Positions 11,277 through 22,634 are shown, counted from the stretch's first letter. The stretch is 64,000 nucleotides of DNA from Nitrosopumilus sp. (GCA_965197525.1 OZ240211.1:896001-960000); one strand, 5' to 3'. Notes: generated from the letters alone by a model not told the origin. Made by a program: numbers and translations.

Positions 11277-12164
11277 CTAGAATAACGGAATATGAAACGC
11301 TGCATCTAATGCAATTGCTAAGAATATTATTGTAAGATATGGAGCGGTAACTTTGTACGCCTTCCAAGCAAACTCAGATGTAGGATCTTTGGTAAGTTTG
11401 TAATGATATGCAAGCATCAACCCGCCAGAGAATACTGCAATGACAGTGTATATGACTCCCAGACCATTTGGAATAAAAGAGAGTACCAAAGAGTATGGAA
11501 GCAGAATTATTGTGTTACCCAAAATGTATTTTGATGTCTTGTGCATACCAATAACTACGGGAAGCATCGGAATCTCGGCTTGTGCATATTGATCTTTCAT
11601 CTTCATTGCAAGACACCAGAAATGGGAAGGAGTCCAAACAAATACCAAGAATCCAACTAAGAACCCCAAGAGATCCATACTGTTGGTAGCTGCTGCCCAT
11701 CCTGCCCAAGCTGCAGCGCTACCTGCAATTCCGCCGATCACAATATTTGAGGTGTTCTTTCGTTTTAGCCAAACTGTGTAGATAACTACATATGAGAATA
11801 TTCCAACTGCGATAAAGAATGCAGATACTGCATTTAATGCAAAATATCCATATACTACAGATACCCCGCTTACAACCAAACCGTATATTAAAACATGCGA
11901 TGCTGCCATTCTTCCTGACGGAATAGGTCTTGTGCTAGTTCTTGCCATCTTTGGGTCAACGTCCCTGTCATAGTAATGGTTCAAAGCACTAGAGCCGGCA
12001 GATGCCAAGGCACCTGCAACAATTATGTGCAGGTAAGACACATACTCTAAATCCTCAACACCCGGAACTAGTTTACTTGCAGCAAACATGGACGTGACAG
12101 CGGTGATTACTAGCAGAATCACAATTCTAGGCTTGGATATCTCTATTATCTCGTTAAATCCCAA
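11277..12164 (-). CDS. ctaB: protoheme IX farnesyltransferase (heme o synthase)
   Basis: KPRI, NHYYDRDVDPKMARTSTRPIPSG and WTPSHFW motifs. Confidence 0.95.
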   Translation of the reverse strand: MGFNEIIEISKPRIVILLVITAVTSMFAASKLVPGVEDLEYVSYLHIIVAGALASAGSSALNHYYDRDVDPKMARTSTRPIPSGRMAASHVLIYGLVVSGVSVVYGYFALNAVSAFFIAVGIFSYVVIYTVWLKRKNTSNIVIGGIAGSAAAWAGWAAATNSMDLLGFLVGFLVFVWTPSHFWCLAMKMKDQYAQAEIPMLPVVIGMHKTSKYILGNTIILLPYSLVLSFIPNGLGVIYTVIAVFSGGLMLAYHYKLTKDPTSEFAWKAYKVTAPYLTIIFLAIALDAAFHIPLF

Positions 12165-12257
12165 TCTATTATATCATATTTCAATGGCATTTAATTTCTT
12201 TTGATAAACACTGCATTTCAAAAGGAATAAGTAACTCAATTCTATCAGCTAATTCAA

Positions 12258-13361
12258 ATGAGTAATTGGGATCTCATGATGCCCGGAATGGGACTAACAT
12301 CTATAGGCTTGGGAGGACTCGTACTATCTTATGCAGAGATAGCTCATACGTTCATTGACGGCATGCATGCTTTGAGCGGTCTGACCATGTTTGTAGGACT
12401 AATCTTTTTAGCTGCAGGCATCTTAGATGGCGGTGTCTCTACTAGTAACAAGGCAAAAGCCACAACTCTGGTAATCTTGTCAATAGCACTAGGATTTGGA
12501 ATGTTTGCCATGACAATGAACACGTCAAACTTTACAGTCACGATAGCTGGAATTTTGATGGCAATCGCATTTCCTGCAATAATTATAGGATATCTTGCAA
12601 TGAAGCATCCAAGTGTTGTAAAACCCATAGGATCAATTGTAGGGATGGCGTCAGCTGTGGGAATCATCATGTGGGTAGCATTCGGGTTTGTAACTCCAGA
12701 TACGTATATCATTCCACAGGCAGTAGTTGACGAACAAGTAGCAGAGGTTGAAGAAGATTTAGCGCCTACTGGACCAATATACGAGATCGATATGCTTTTA
12801 GATTCATCTATTGAAGGAAACCCGGACTATGAACCAGATGTTGCAATGGTGTCGCAGGGGCATACTATTCAATGGATAAATGTCGACACAGTTGCACACA
12901 CAGTAACAAGTACTGAAGGGTTTGGTGAATTGTTTGATTCGAGTTTGGTTAGTGCAGGAGATACATTTACACTTGATACTACAGATTTTGAACTAGGCGA
13001 GTATGAATATTTGTGCAGTGTGCATACTTGGATGGTTGCAACAATAATTATTGAAGAACCAGTAGAGCCGACGAGAGTGCTAATGCCACAGGGATCAGGA
13101 ATAAAACAAGAAGGACAGTTATACTATGACCCAGAGAACATAGAAGTTACGGCGGGAACCACCATATCATGGGATAATCTTGATAATATACTTCACACAG
13201 TAACGTCAGGAACTATAGAAGATGGATCAGACGAAATATTTGACTCGGACTTGATAGCTGTAGGCGAATCATTTGAATATACGTTTACAGAAGCTGGAAC
13301 TTTTGATTATTACTGTATTGTACATCCATGGATGATTGGACAGGTTAACGTAGTAGAGTAA
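12258..13361 (+). CDS. membrane-anchored protein with two cupredoxin (blue copper) domains
   Basis: N-terminal TM bundle; two HTVTS...YxCxxHxWM type-1 Cu sites. Confidence 0.9.
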   Translation: MSNWDLMMPGMGLTSIGLGGLVLSYAEIAHTFIDGMHALSGLTMFVGLIFLAAGILDGGVSTSNKAKATTLVILSIALGFGMFAMTMNTSNFTVTIAGILMAIAFPAIIIGYLAMKHPSVVKPIGSIVGMASAVGIIMWVAFGFVTPDTYIIPQAVVDEQVAEVEEDLAPTGPIYEIDMLLDSSIEGNPDYEPDVAMVSQGHTIQWINVDTVAHTVTSTEGFGELFDSSLVSAGDTFTLDTTDFELGEYEYLCSVHTWMVATIIIEEPVEPTRVLMPQGSGIKQEGQLYYDPENIEVTAGTTISWDNLDNILHTVTSGTIEDGSDEIFDSDLIAVGESFEYTFTEAGTFDYYCIVHPWMIGQVNVVE

Positions 13362-13370
13362 ACTGCAGAT

Positions 13371-13793
13371 TTGCAAAAAATTATACTATCAAAATCAAAT
13401 AAAGAGATTCTAGCCCAACATGCAGAAAGTCAAAGGCCTAATGAATCATGTGCAATATTATTTGGAAATAAAAATATAGTTTTAGACATAGTGTTGACTG
13501 AGAATATTGCAAAATCACCAACGAATTTTACAATATCTGCAGAGGAGTTAATCAAGGTATACAGCATGGAGAAAACCAAAAAGATGAACATTATAGGCAT
13601 ATTTCATTCTCATCCTAACTCAGATGCATACCCATCAAAGACTGATGAAAAATTTATGGAATATAATCCGGTAGTATGGATAATTTACTCTGGAATCAAC
13701 AAAGATTTCAAGGCATACACTCTTGACAATAAGGTTGTAGAGGTATTGATTGCAGAAGAAGAAGAAGAAGAAGAAGAAGAAGAAGAAGCATAA
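13371..13793 (+). CDS. JAMM/MPN+ (Mov34) metalloprotease
   Basis: ESCAILFG and IFHSHPNSDAYPSKTD motifs; (GAA)11 poly-Glu tail. Confidence 0.88.
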   Translation: MQKIILSKSNKEILAQHAESQRPNESCAILFGNKNIVLDIVLTENIAKSPTNFTISAEELIKVYSMEKTKKMNIIGIFHSHPNSDAYPSKTDEKFMEYNPVVWIIYSGINKDFKAYTLDNKVVEVLIAEEEEEEEEEEEA

Positions 13794-13902
13794 TATGTTA
13801 AAATAACCTTGTTCTGCGATTATGTTCTATTAGGTTGATATCACAAGGTGTAGACATACTTTACTCCTTAGATTAAATAATCCCTTTTTTTACTCATAAT
13901 TT

Positions 13903-14163
13903 ATGGAAATTCACGTATACGACACTTATGTCAAAGCAGCAGACGGTCACACCATGCACTTTGATGTAATAACAAGTGAAAAAGATCACGAGAAAGCCAT
14001 TACCTATGGTAAAGAGTGGTTATCATCAATCGGTGAAGGACAAGCAGATATGACAACAAGCGAATGTCAGTTCTGCCACTCTGAGAGTGCACCAGAACCA
14101 GTAGAACAGGCAATCAAGGAAAAAGGTTACTTTATCCAAAAGATGCAAGGCTGTCCTCAATAA
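13903..14163 (+). CDS. DUF2024-like protein
   Basis: IHVYDTYV...MHFDV...ECQFCHSE pattern. Confidence 0.75.
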   Translation: MEIHVYDTYVKAADGHTMHFDVITSEKDHEKAITYGKEWLSSIGEGQADMTTSECQFCHSESAPEPVEQAIKEKGYFIQKMQGCPQ

Positions 14164-14204
14164 AAAAAATATATTTTTTCTTTTTCTTTTTCTTTCTTTA
14201 GATC

Positions 14205-14420
14205 ATGTTTTTAAAACGTGTTAGAAGCATACATAGTATGTCCAAACACAAATATTCAAAATGGACAGTAGAAGGAGACAAGAAGACAAAATGGATTTGT
14301 GGATGTTTTCATACTGCTGACAACTATTTCAAATTCTGCGATACACATAATATGACACTGCAGAGAGCAATTCAAGCTCAAATCGACGAGTTAGATATGA
14401 CGTTGGTTATTGAGGATTAG
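14205..14420 (+). CDS. small Cys/His hypothetical protein
   Basis: 71 aa, CGCFH...FCDTH. Confidence 0.55.
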   Translation: MFLKRVRSIHSMSKHKYSKWTVEGDKKTKWICGCFHTADNYFKFCDTHNMTLQRAIQAQIDELDMTLVIED

Positions 14421-16549
14421 ATAGCAAGTATTGCAACAAACGCAGATACAAACACTATTGCAATTGTGTTTAACAATTTGATTACAGTGTTAAGGGCAGG
14501 ACCTGCGGTGTCTTTGTATGGATCGCCTATAATGTCACCTACGACTGCAACTTTGTGTACCTCAGAACCTTTCTCACCTTTCATCTCAACTAGCTTTTTG
14601 GCATTATCCCATGCACCGCCGGTATTTGCCAAATGATACGCCAACAGGATGCCAGTTACTACTGAACCCATTAACAGTCCCGCTACTGCAGTAGGACCTA
14701 ACAAAACACCTAATATGATCGGCGCAATTATTGCGACAAGCGCAGGTTTCCACAATTCTTTAAGCGATGCAGCAGTTGCAATATCCACACATTTAGCATA
14801 ATCAGGCTTTGAGTCTCCGGTAAGAATACCAGCATCTGCTTTGAACTGTCGCCTTACCTCATCTACCATCTTTCCTGCAGCTCTAGATACACCGTTAATG
14901 AGTTGACCGGTTATAATAAATGGAATCAAACCACCAATTAACAGGCCTACAATGATTGCAGGATTTGTTAAACTATAATCCAGAGCTAAAACGCCTTCAA
15001 AGACATGAGCTGCCTCAAATTGAAATGCCTGAATCATGGCAAGAGCTGCCAATGCAGCACTAGCAATAGCAAATCCCTTTGTAACTGCCTTGGTTGTATT
15101 TCCTACAGCATCAATCTCATCAGTAACTTTACGATTCTCCTCACCCATCTTTGTCATCTCAACGATTCCGCCTGCATTATCTGCAATTGGACCAAATGCA
15201 TCTATACTCAAGACGATGCCTGCCAGACTCAACATGGCCATGGCAGTCAATGAAGTACCAAATATTCCATACAGTACAGGGTCTGCACCTTCAGGGGCGG
15301 CGCCAGCTGCAATACTATAAGATATGATAATTGCAACCACTAGAGCAATCATGAATGGTCCAGTTGACTGCATACCCTTGATTATTCCCATCAAAGTCAG
15401 TGACGCATAACCCCATTTTGCAGAATCTGCAATCTCGATGACAGGTTTCTGTTTGTAGCTGGTGTAGAAATCAGTAATCCGTTGAATTACAGGAACAAGG
15501 ATAACCCCTATAACAGTTGAACCAAACAGAGCATAAGATGTCATAGAGTCTCCGATAAATTGTGTAATAAATACAAAGTTCAACGCAATTGCAATTACAG
15601 CTGAGACATAAAATGAGCGATTGAGTGGTTTCATGACATCAGTAATATTTTTTGAGCCAACAATTACTACGCCTATAATAGAGGCAACCATTCCAGAAGA
15701 GCCAATCAGAATAGGATACAAAAAGAAGTTTGGTGCACCAATCAGTGCTGCAATGAGCAATGCTGCAAGAATTGTGACTATGTATGATTCATAAACATCA
15801 GATCCCATTCCTGCTGCATCACCGACATTATCACCTACGTTATCGGCAATAGTTGCCGGATTTCGAGGATCATCTTCAGGAATATTTGCTTCAACCTTTC
15901 CTACCAGGTCAGCGCCCATATCAGCAGCTTTGGTAAAGATACCGCCTCCAATTCTAATAAATAGTGCAATCAGACTTGCTCCAATCCCAACACCAGCTAT
16001 TGTGATTGGATCAGGATATATTACATAAAGACCTGTGATTGCAAGTAAAGCCATTGCAGGAACAGCCAAACCAACGGTGGCACCACCACGAAACGCCATG
16101 GCAAATGTTTTTCCAAGACCGCTACTACTTAGATGTGCGGCCCTTACTGCTGCCTTTACTGTAATTTTTAACGATATTACACCTGCAACTGCAGAGAGTG
16201 TTGCGCCTACTGCAAATGCAAGTCCGTTTGAAGGCTGAAGGAATGCTCCTATTATTACTGATAGTGCTATTGCAACAGGTACAATAATTTTCATCTCTCT
16301 TCTGAGAAATGCTCCTGCACCTTCTTTGACAGCATTTGATATAGCCATCATCTCTTTTGTGCCAGATGGCTGTTTTGTAATCCAGAGTACCAAACCGCCT
16401 GCAACTAAAAAGGATACGATTCCAGTAACAAACGGTAAAATTATAGGTAGAATTTCCGTCCGTCCCACATCAAGGACAGTTAGTTCCGTCCCACGTGCAA
16501 TAAAAGGTAAAATTGTAGGCAGAATTTCCATTATATACTTTGCATGCAA
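14417..16549 (-). CDS. hppA: membrane-bound H+-translocating pyrophosphatase, K+-independent type
   Basis: GGGIFTKAADMGADLVGKVE, DNVGDNVGD, DNAGG and GDPYKDTAGP motifs; GNTTKA (Lys) marks the K+-independent subfamily; true start may be ATG 16531. Confidence 0.95.
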   Translation of the reverse strand: MHAKYIMEILPTILPFIARGTELTVLDVGRTEILPIILPFVTGIVSFLVAGGLVLWITKQPSGTKEMMAISNAVKEGAGAFLRREMKIIVPVAIALSVIIGAFLQPSNGLAFAVGATLSAVAGVISLKITVKAAVRAAHLSSSGLGKTFAMAFRGGATVGLAVPAMALLAITGLYVIYPDPITIAGVGIGASLIALFIRIGGGIFTKAADMGADLVGKVEANIPEDDPRNPATIADNVGDNVGDAAGMGSDVYESYIVTILAALLIAALIGAPNFFLYPILIGSSGMVASIIGVVIVGSKNITDVMKPLNRSFYVSAVIAIALNFVFITQFIGDSMTSYALFGSTVIGVILVPVIQRITDFYTSYKQKPVIEIADSAKWGYASLTLMGIIKGMQSTGPFMIALVVAIIISYSIAAGAAPEGADPVLYGIFGTSLTAMAMLSLAGIVLSIDAFGPIADNAGGIVEMTKMGEENRKVTDEIDAVGNTTKAVTKGFAIASAALAALAMIQAFQFEAAHVFEGVLALDYSLTNPAIIVGLLIGGLIPFIITGQLINGVSRAAGKMVDEVRRQFKADAGILTGDSKPDYAKCVDIATAASLKELWKPALVAIIAPIILGVLLGPTAVAGLLMGSVVTGILLAYHLANTGGAWDNAKKLVEMKGEKGSEVHKVAVVGDIIGDPYKDTAGPALNTVIKLLNTIAIVFVSAFVAILAI

Positions 16550-16567
16550 AATTCTTGTAAATATAAA

Positions 16568-16957
16568 TCAAATAGGAGGGGTTTTTATCCGTCTTCGATA
16601 TGGAGGAAATGTTTTCCCGCGTAGCCCTTGTCTTACCAGTTTATTGAATCTTTTACCATGCGCAAGATATGGAAATCGCATATGAATTAACTCGTGGACT
16701 ATTGTATTTTCAAGCGTCTTTAGATCAGGAATTTTTCTGACATTAATAAAGACGAGGTTGTGTTGAAGATAGGAGACTCCAAAATATTTGTAGGCTGATG
16801 TTCTTCGTCCCTCAGTCATCTCTTTTGGAGCATCCAAGACTTGTTTTGTAGTTAGAAGAACCTCAGGCTCAGTAATTGAGAATCGGGCAGAATAGATTCC
16901 AACCTTTTCTAATATTTGCAGTCTAAGGTCAGGGTCAAGCTTCATAGTATATATCAC
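16568..16957 (-). CDS. HExxH putative metallohydrolase
   Basis: TIVHELIHMRF motif. Confidence 0.6.
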   Translation of the reverse strand: MIYTMKLDPDLRLQILEKVGIYSARFSITEPEVLLTTKQVLDAPKEMTEGRRTSAYKYFGVSYLQHNLVFINVRKIPDLKTLENTIVHELIHMRFPYLAHGKRFNKLVRQGLRGKTFPPYRRRIKTPPI

Positions 16958-17198
16958 ACAGTATGCGTTTATCTTGAAATGTCAGTATTTTGTATAGACG
17001 GCATTAAACATGTTTGACTCGTAAATAAAATGAATTTGCATTTAAGAGACGGGGTTGACCCAGAGGTTAAAAAATATAGAATTGGATTAAAACCAAGTCC
17101 CATAATGATCATAAAGTGACAAAGGACCTCAAAAGTAAGAGCAGGCCCAAAGCTGTCATTTTTTTAGCAAAAATCAGACACAGACTGTATGACAAGTA

Positions 17199-18281
17199 GA
17201 GTGGCGTTATCAAGTCTTTGCAATTGATTTTCTGAATAGATACCGTTCAATATTTTGATTGAATGTAGCGGTTCTTAGATATTTCATTGCGGCTCGTGCA
17301 CGTTCGCTAACATGTTCATGGCGTTCATACATGAAAGGTTGAATTTTTAACTGGTGCCAACATTCTTCAATTGCACTAAATTCAGGACATCCTGTAGGCA
17401 AATACATTATTCGCAGTCGAGAACTGTTTTCTTTTACAAATTTTTTAAATGTCTTTGTTTTATGTTGGGATGCTGCATCCATGACAATGGCTACCTTGTC
17501 AGATAGTTCCAATAGTTTTTTGACAAATTTGAGAAATGTCGAACCGTTGAATTTTTTTTTCTGTAAAAAATATTGATGTGAGTCTGATATTGCACCATAA
17601 ATTATACGTCTCCGATGTCTCCAAAATATGCTCTGAATATTTTTTGACCCACCGGAGACCATGGGCCGCGCTTTGTGACATAGTCATGCATCAGTTGTTT
17701 CATCCTGTATATACATCTCAAAACCGTCCCGTTTTACGCATGAAATCCACCGTTTCAGGGATTTTTGCCACTCTTCCATCTGTTCACTAGATGCCTTGTT
17801 TTTGTGTGCGGAATCCTGGTACCTTTGGAGTAAAGTTATGACGACGCAGTATGTCGCGTATTCCAGATTCGGTGTATTTTACTCCTGTATCTTTTTTTAT
17901 TTTATGTACGAGTTGTTTTGGAAAAATACCGTTTTTAACACCTGCAAAAAATTCTGTAATCTTATGATTTACTATTTTTGTCGGGCGTCCGGATCTTGGT
18001 TTTTCATACAATCCTGCAACTCCAAATTCTTTAAATCGCATAACCCAATTTTTAATTGTGTTGTAAGATTTGTAAAACAACTGTGCGATTATTGAAATCG
18101 TTTCGCCTTCCTCTATGACATTTAACACTGCAAGCATCCGTTCTTTTGCTTTTGGGTTTAATTCCCTCTTGTAGACACACATTAATTCCACATTCTGGTT
18201 TTTCACGATGGGCAGTAAATGCTTCAAGCTATAAATGTTTCTAGTGTTTTTGAAAATTGCAAAGACTTTTTGACGTCACTC
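17199..18281 (-). mobile_element. IS630-family element, copy 1 (1083 bp, frameshifted transposase)
   Basis: TIRs GAGTGGCGT..AAGTCTTTGCAATT / AATTGCAAAGACTTTTTGACGTCACTC; TA duplicated on both sides; HTH and DDE_3-like (MDAASQHK, PEFSAIEECW) fragments. Confidence 0.95.
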
Positions 18282-19302
18282 TAACAGACGAGGTGTCCCA
18301 GTCAGAGAGGTCTCCGTTAAATACACGAGCATATTCGAACATGAATGACATGTTGGTAACAGACGAGGTGTTCCAGTTGGAGATATCACCGTTAAATTTG
18401 CCGGTATTGGCAAACATCTCAAACATGGTGGTAACAGACGAGGTGTTCCAGTTGGAGATATCACCGTTAAATTTGTGGGTATTGGCAAACATGGCAAACA
18501 TGCCTGTAACAGACGATGTGTTCCAGTTAGAGAGGTCTCCGTTAAATTCGTGGGCACTGCCGAACATGTTGGACATGTTGGTAACAGACGAGGTGTTCCA
18601 GTTAGAGAGGTCTCCGTTAAATTCGCCGGCAAAGTAGAACATCTCGAACATGTTGGTAACAGACGAGGTGTCCCAGTTAGAGAGGTCTCCGTTAAATTCG
18701 CCGGCAAAGTAGAACATCTCGAACATGTTGGTAACAGACGAGGTGTTCCAGTTAGAGAGGTCTCCGTTAAATTGGCTTGCGTAGCGGAACATGCCAGACA
18801 TGTCAGTAACCTGGGACAGATCAGGTGCATCAGTGGCGTGGTAGGTCATCTGACTGGCACCGCGGAATGCATTCTTCATAGTAGACCACTGGATGTCACC
18901 CCATTGGTTAATTGAGTGAAGTAACGTAGGTGTGGAGCCACTGCCGTCAAGATTTATTCTCGACAGGTCGCCAGTCATGGTAACACGGTAAGAGGCAGGT
19001 GTAGTGTATGTGTGTGTGACTTGGCCGTTAGAATTTACCGTGGTTGTGTCACCATCACCCCAATCTATAGTCAAGATTCCTCCTGAATGTATATCTACAG
19101 GTATACGTATCTTCTGGTTGATCCCAGTCGTAACCCATGTAGTCAGAAATGGATCATCTGTTTGTGTTTGCGCGTAGGCGTATATTGGAATTTCTGTGTA
19201 TACAGTATCGTGTAATGAATCTAACTTGTCCACTAAAAACATGTCCAGTTGTGTTGCAGTCAACATACTGACAGATATCAAAAGTATAATACTTAGAATC
19301 AA
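18241..19302 (-). pseudogene. PKD + DUF285 (BspA-like) repeat surface protein, truncated by IS630
   Basis: TIDWGDG PKD-like motif; seven 25-aa FNGDLSNWNTSSVTNM repeats; last 13 codons derive from the IS630 end. Confidence 0.85.
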
Positions 19303-19312
19303 TGTTCTATAT

Positions 19313-20813
19313 TAGAACTTATGAGCAATCCCAAAATATAAGAAAAAAAAACTCCAGTCACAAAGTCAAAAATAATAAAAATATTCCATACAACGCATCA
19401 TCAAGACGACATTCTCATATGTTTGATATTTTCATTATGCCATGCCTGAAATTCATGCGCAGACGTGTAGCACTGCAATGTGCACTGAACTAACTATGTA
19501 GCGGTATCTTGACTGGTGGCAACATTTGTCTTATCCCAGTCTATTACCGGTCTTGGATTATCATTCACAGGCGGTCCCTTCTCCATCTTATCCCACAAGA
19601 GCTCCAGGTTTACAAGTCCGGTTATGATGTTAAATTCATTATTAAATTCACTGACTGTTCCATTGTATGGGGCAACAAGTCTACCGTATCGTTTTAGCCT
19701 GCCAATACTGTGCTCTACCTTTACCCTGATGGAATTGACGTTGTGGTTTTCTTTTTTCTCTTTTGGTGTAAAATGTCTATGATTCTTGCTTCTCTTGTGT
19801 GGTTGTTGGGTAATTGTGCCTGGCAGTTCCTTTTCAATTCCCTTGTACCCCAGGTCCGTAAAGAGATGAACACGATCCTCATCAGGGATATCCTCACTGC
19901 ACATCTTCTCCCACCATATTCCAAATGGCAGTGGACTACTCTCTCTGAGTAATGTAATGTCGCGGATGGATCCCAAAGTGCTCTTTGATGCAGCCACAAT
20001 GACTCCGTTATCATTTATGCATACAGTGGTGTTAAACGTAAACTTTTTCTTTTTTCCAGAATATGTTATGCTTCTCATCTGGTTGTTACTAGGTCTATTC
20101 ACAGGACAATGAGTACCGTCAACCATGGCGATACCTCCATCAGGTCCGGGCATTATTTTTTTAAACTCTTCTTTTGTTTTTGCATTTGCTATATCTTTTG
20201 AAATGTTGCTGGCTGTAGGTAGCACTATACTCAACATAGAATCCATGATTTTGATGTATCGTGATACTGCAGCTTGATCCACTCCAAATAATGTAGCAAG
20301 GGATCCCTGTGTGGGATTGCCTTTTTTGTATATCAACGCCATGAGTAGTGCGTGTCTGAGATACAGCTTGCAGTGATTCCCTGCATCAGATGACCTGTCA
20401 TCATTATCTCTGAACAAGAGGGATTTGTTGTCTTGTTTCATGCATAGTGTTGCCACCATGCACCGAGTAGAGGTGTTCGATGAGATTATCAATAATGATG
20501 CAAAGATTCATGATGCCACATTAACGGATGTGGCCAAGTTCCAGTACCTGCTTGCCAGGGCAGCCTGCCCTGCAACTCCTGATTCAGAACCATTCCGAGT
20601 ATTCCAGAGATCTCGTTCGTGTCTGATGATCTCTTCCTGACGCTTGTTTTTTTCTCTAAGAATTTTAATCTCTTTTTGTAAACGCTTTATTTCTTGTTTT
20701 GACAACAATATGACTGGTATCTTTTAATTTTAACAGGTTAAATCATAAATTTTTGACAGCAATGTTAACGCATCTATGGCCGATCTGAGAATCAGGATTA
20801 CTCATAAGTTCTA
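19313..20813 (-). mobile_element. IS5-family (DDE_Tnp_4 / ISL2-like) element
   Basis: TIRs TAGAACTTATGAGCAATCC and reverse complement of TAGAACTTATGAGTAATCC match 18/19, the terminal TA probably being the TSD. Confidence 0.85.
19494..20708 (-). pseudogene. DDE_Tnp_4-type transposase interrupted by a 104-bp internal inversion
   Basis: MVDGTHCP, YSGKKK, DLGYKG and RVKVEHSIGRLK motifs; one in-frame TGA at 20508-20510 lies inside the inverted segment. Confidence 0.85.
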
Positions 20814-21452
20814 TTGTGAGTATCTGCAGAGGTTGAGATATTTGGTAACGCCGCGTGGTGTACGTTCTTCTATTGCCGACAATATGTGTAACATTCTACT
20901 CTCCGCCTAATCTCTCTCTCTCTCTCCCCACAACAGCATTCTTCAGACTAGCTAAAACTATAGTCAATATTGCAGTCAGAGAGGAGTTTGAGAATTGGAT
21001 GTCACGTATACAGAATCTGTTTTTATTGTTCTTGGAAATGTACTTGTCAGTATTGTTACTATTGTTATTATTAATATAATTTGCCATTATTTGGGGCTGT
21101 TAAGTTCATGGTAGATAATTCTTGCTGTTAAGGGTCGGTAGATGATTGTGATTTAGACACCACGTGTAGAATTTTGGATGGTATTATATCATCCTCGTTC
21201 TCATACTCGTATACTGTATCCAGAGTATCTGTAAAACCAGCGGTTCTTTCTGTTCTGACCATAACAATCATCATTATCCATAGTATTCTTTTAACTTTTC
21301 TAATACAGGGTTCTGTTAACTTATCGTCGCTTAATTCTTCCTGTTAACTGTCGAGGGGTGAGTGTTCTGTCGGTTCTGTCTAATAATGGGGATATGGAAT
21401 AGATGTCAGGGGTTAAACCCTGTTGTTAATTGTCAGTAGTTTTATGGTGATT

Positions 21453-22634
21453 TCATAGTTCTGTCTTACCCTTACCGAACTTCATGCCCTCTGCAACCAG
21501 CACGGCATTAAGTTCAGTCATGGTAAGCTTTCCGCCCTTCCGTCTGTTGCAGTTACCACAAAGTAGTTGAAGGTTTTTGTCATCATCCTGACCACCCTTT
21601 GCTTTTGGTATGATGTGATCTACCTCCAAATCCTTGAATAGATAATGGTATTTACAACCGTTGCAGTACCCATGTTGGATTCCGTATAACGTATGCTTGA
21701 CATCCTTGGATCGCCTACCCTTTCTTTTTGGTATATCCGTTCTTTGTATAACTTGTCCTGCGCTAGTAATGAACTTGGCAATTCCTGCATCTTTCTTGAG
21801 TCTTTGTTCAATCAACGAATAGGCTCTTTCTGATATATCGCACCCTATCCATTTTCTGCCCTGTTTCTCTGCTGCAAGACAATCTGTGGCACAGCCACAA
21901 AAGGGGTCAAACACCATTCCACCAGTGTAACTGCTGGCTTTTATGATTCGTTCCAAAAGTGCAAGTGGTTTTTGCGTATGGTGGCCAAGCCTTTCTGAAC
22001 CCTTGACACCAGATATGTCAGTCCAGATGTTCTACAAAGGCAGTCCCTTTGCATCATCAAGATATATCTTATAACGTGGAAGTCCACCTTTTTTCTTTGG
22101 GTAATGCAACATATCATTTTTTTCTAACTCCAACATAGATTCTAACGCTCTCTTCCAGATTCTCATATGCCCCTTGTATTCATACTCGTACCCTCCGCCT
22201 GACAGACTTTTAGCAGTTAATTGTTCATGGCTATAATATCCACGATCATCCTTGTTCTTGAAATTTTTCTTTTTGTATTCCTCCGAGTATGGAAGATAGA
22301 CATCATTCCATGTGTAGTCTCTGGTCTTGGAGTAAAACAGTATCTGGTCAGAAATCTTCCCGTATCTCTTGCTGTCATTGTGAGAACTGGTTCGTTTCCA
22401 CGTTATGTCGTTTCGGAATGATTCCGCACCAAATATTGAATCCAGTACCAGCTTGAGATAATGGCTCATTGTGGTGTCGCAGTGCAGGTACAACGAACCT
22501 GTTGATTTTAGAATTCTATGCATCTCCAAAATCCTAATTGCCATGTATATCAGATACGACATTGTAGATTTTCCTCCTACTTTGCCAGCAGTTCCTATAA
22601 TCGAATACAAGGATTCGTTGATCTCTGCAATCTC
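21453..22634 (-). pseudogene. 5'-truncated, nonsense-mutated copy of the DNA MTase-HNH gene
   Basis: Homologous to 24403-25830; lacks the DPPF motif region; CAG>TAG at 22032-22034; both ORF pieces are in the same frame. Confidence 0.9.

Noticed and set aside
16959-17187. Possible ISH3-like MITE with CAGT ends
   Set aside because: Weak TIR match and no TSD.
17499-18095. Small overlapping ORFs inside the IS630 copies (62-99 aa, both strands)
   Set aside because: Alternative-frame products of the frameshifted transposase, repeated only because the element is repeated.
20896-21087. Asn-rich 63-aa ORF beside the transposon TSD
   Set aside because: Low-complexity sequence containing a TC microsatellite, with no recognisable motif.
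21361-21369. AGTGTTCTG matches the tnpB-2 putative guide
   Set aside because: A 9-nt match that reflects the shared TIR-like GTTCTG core; too short to call a target.
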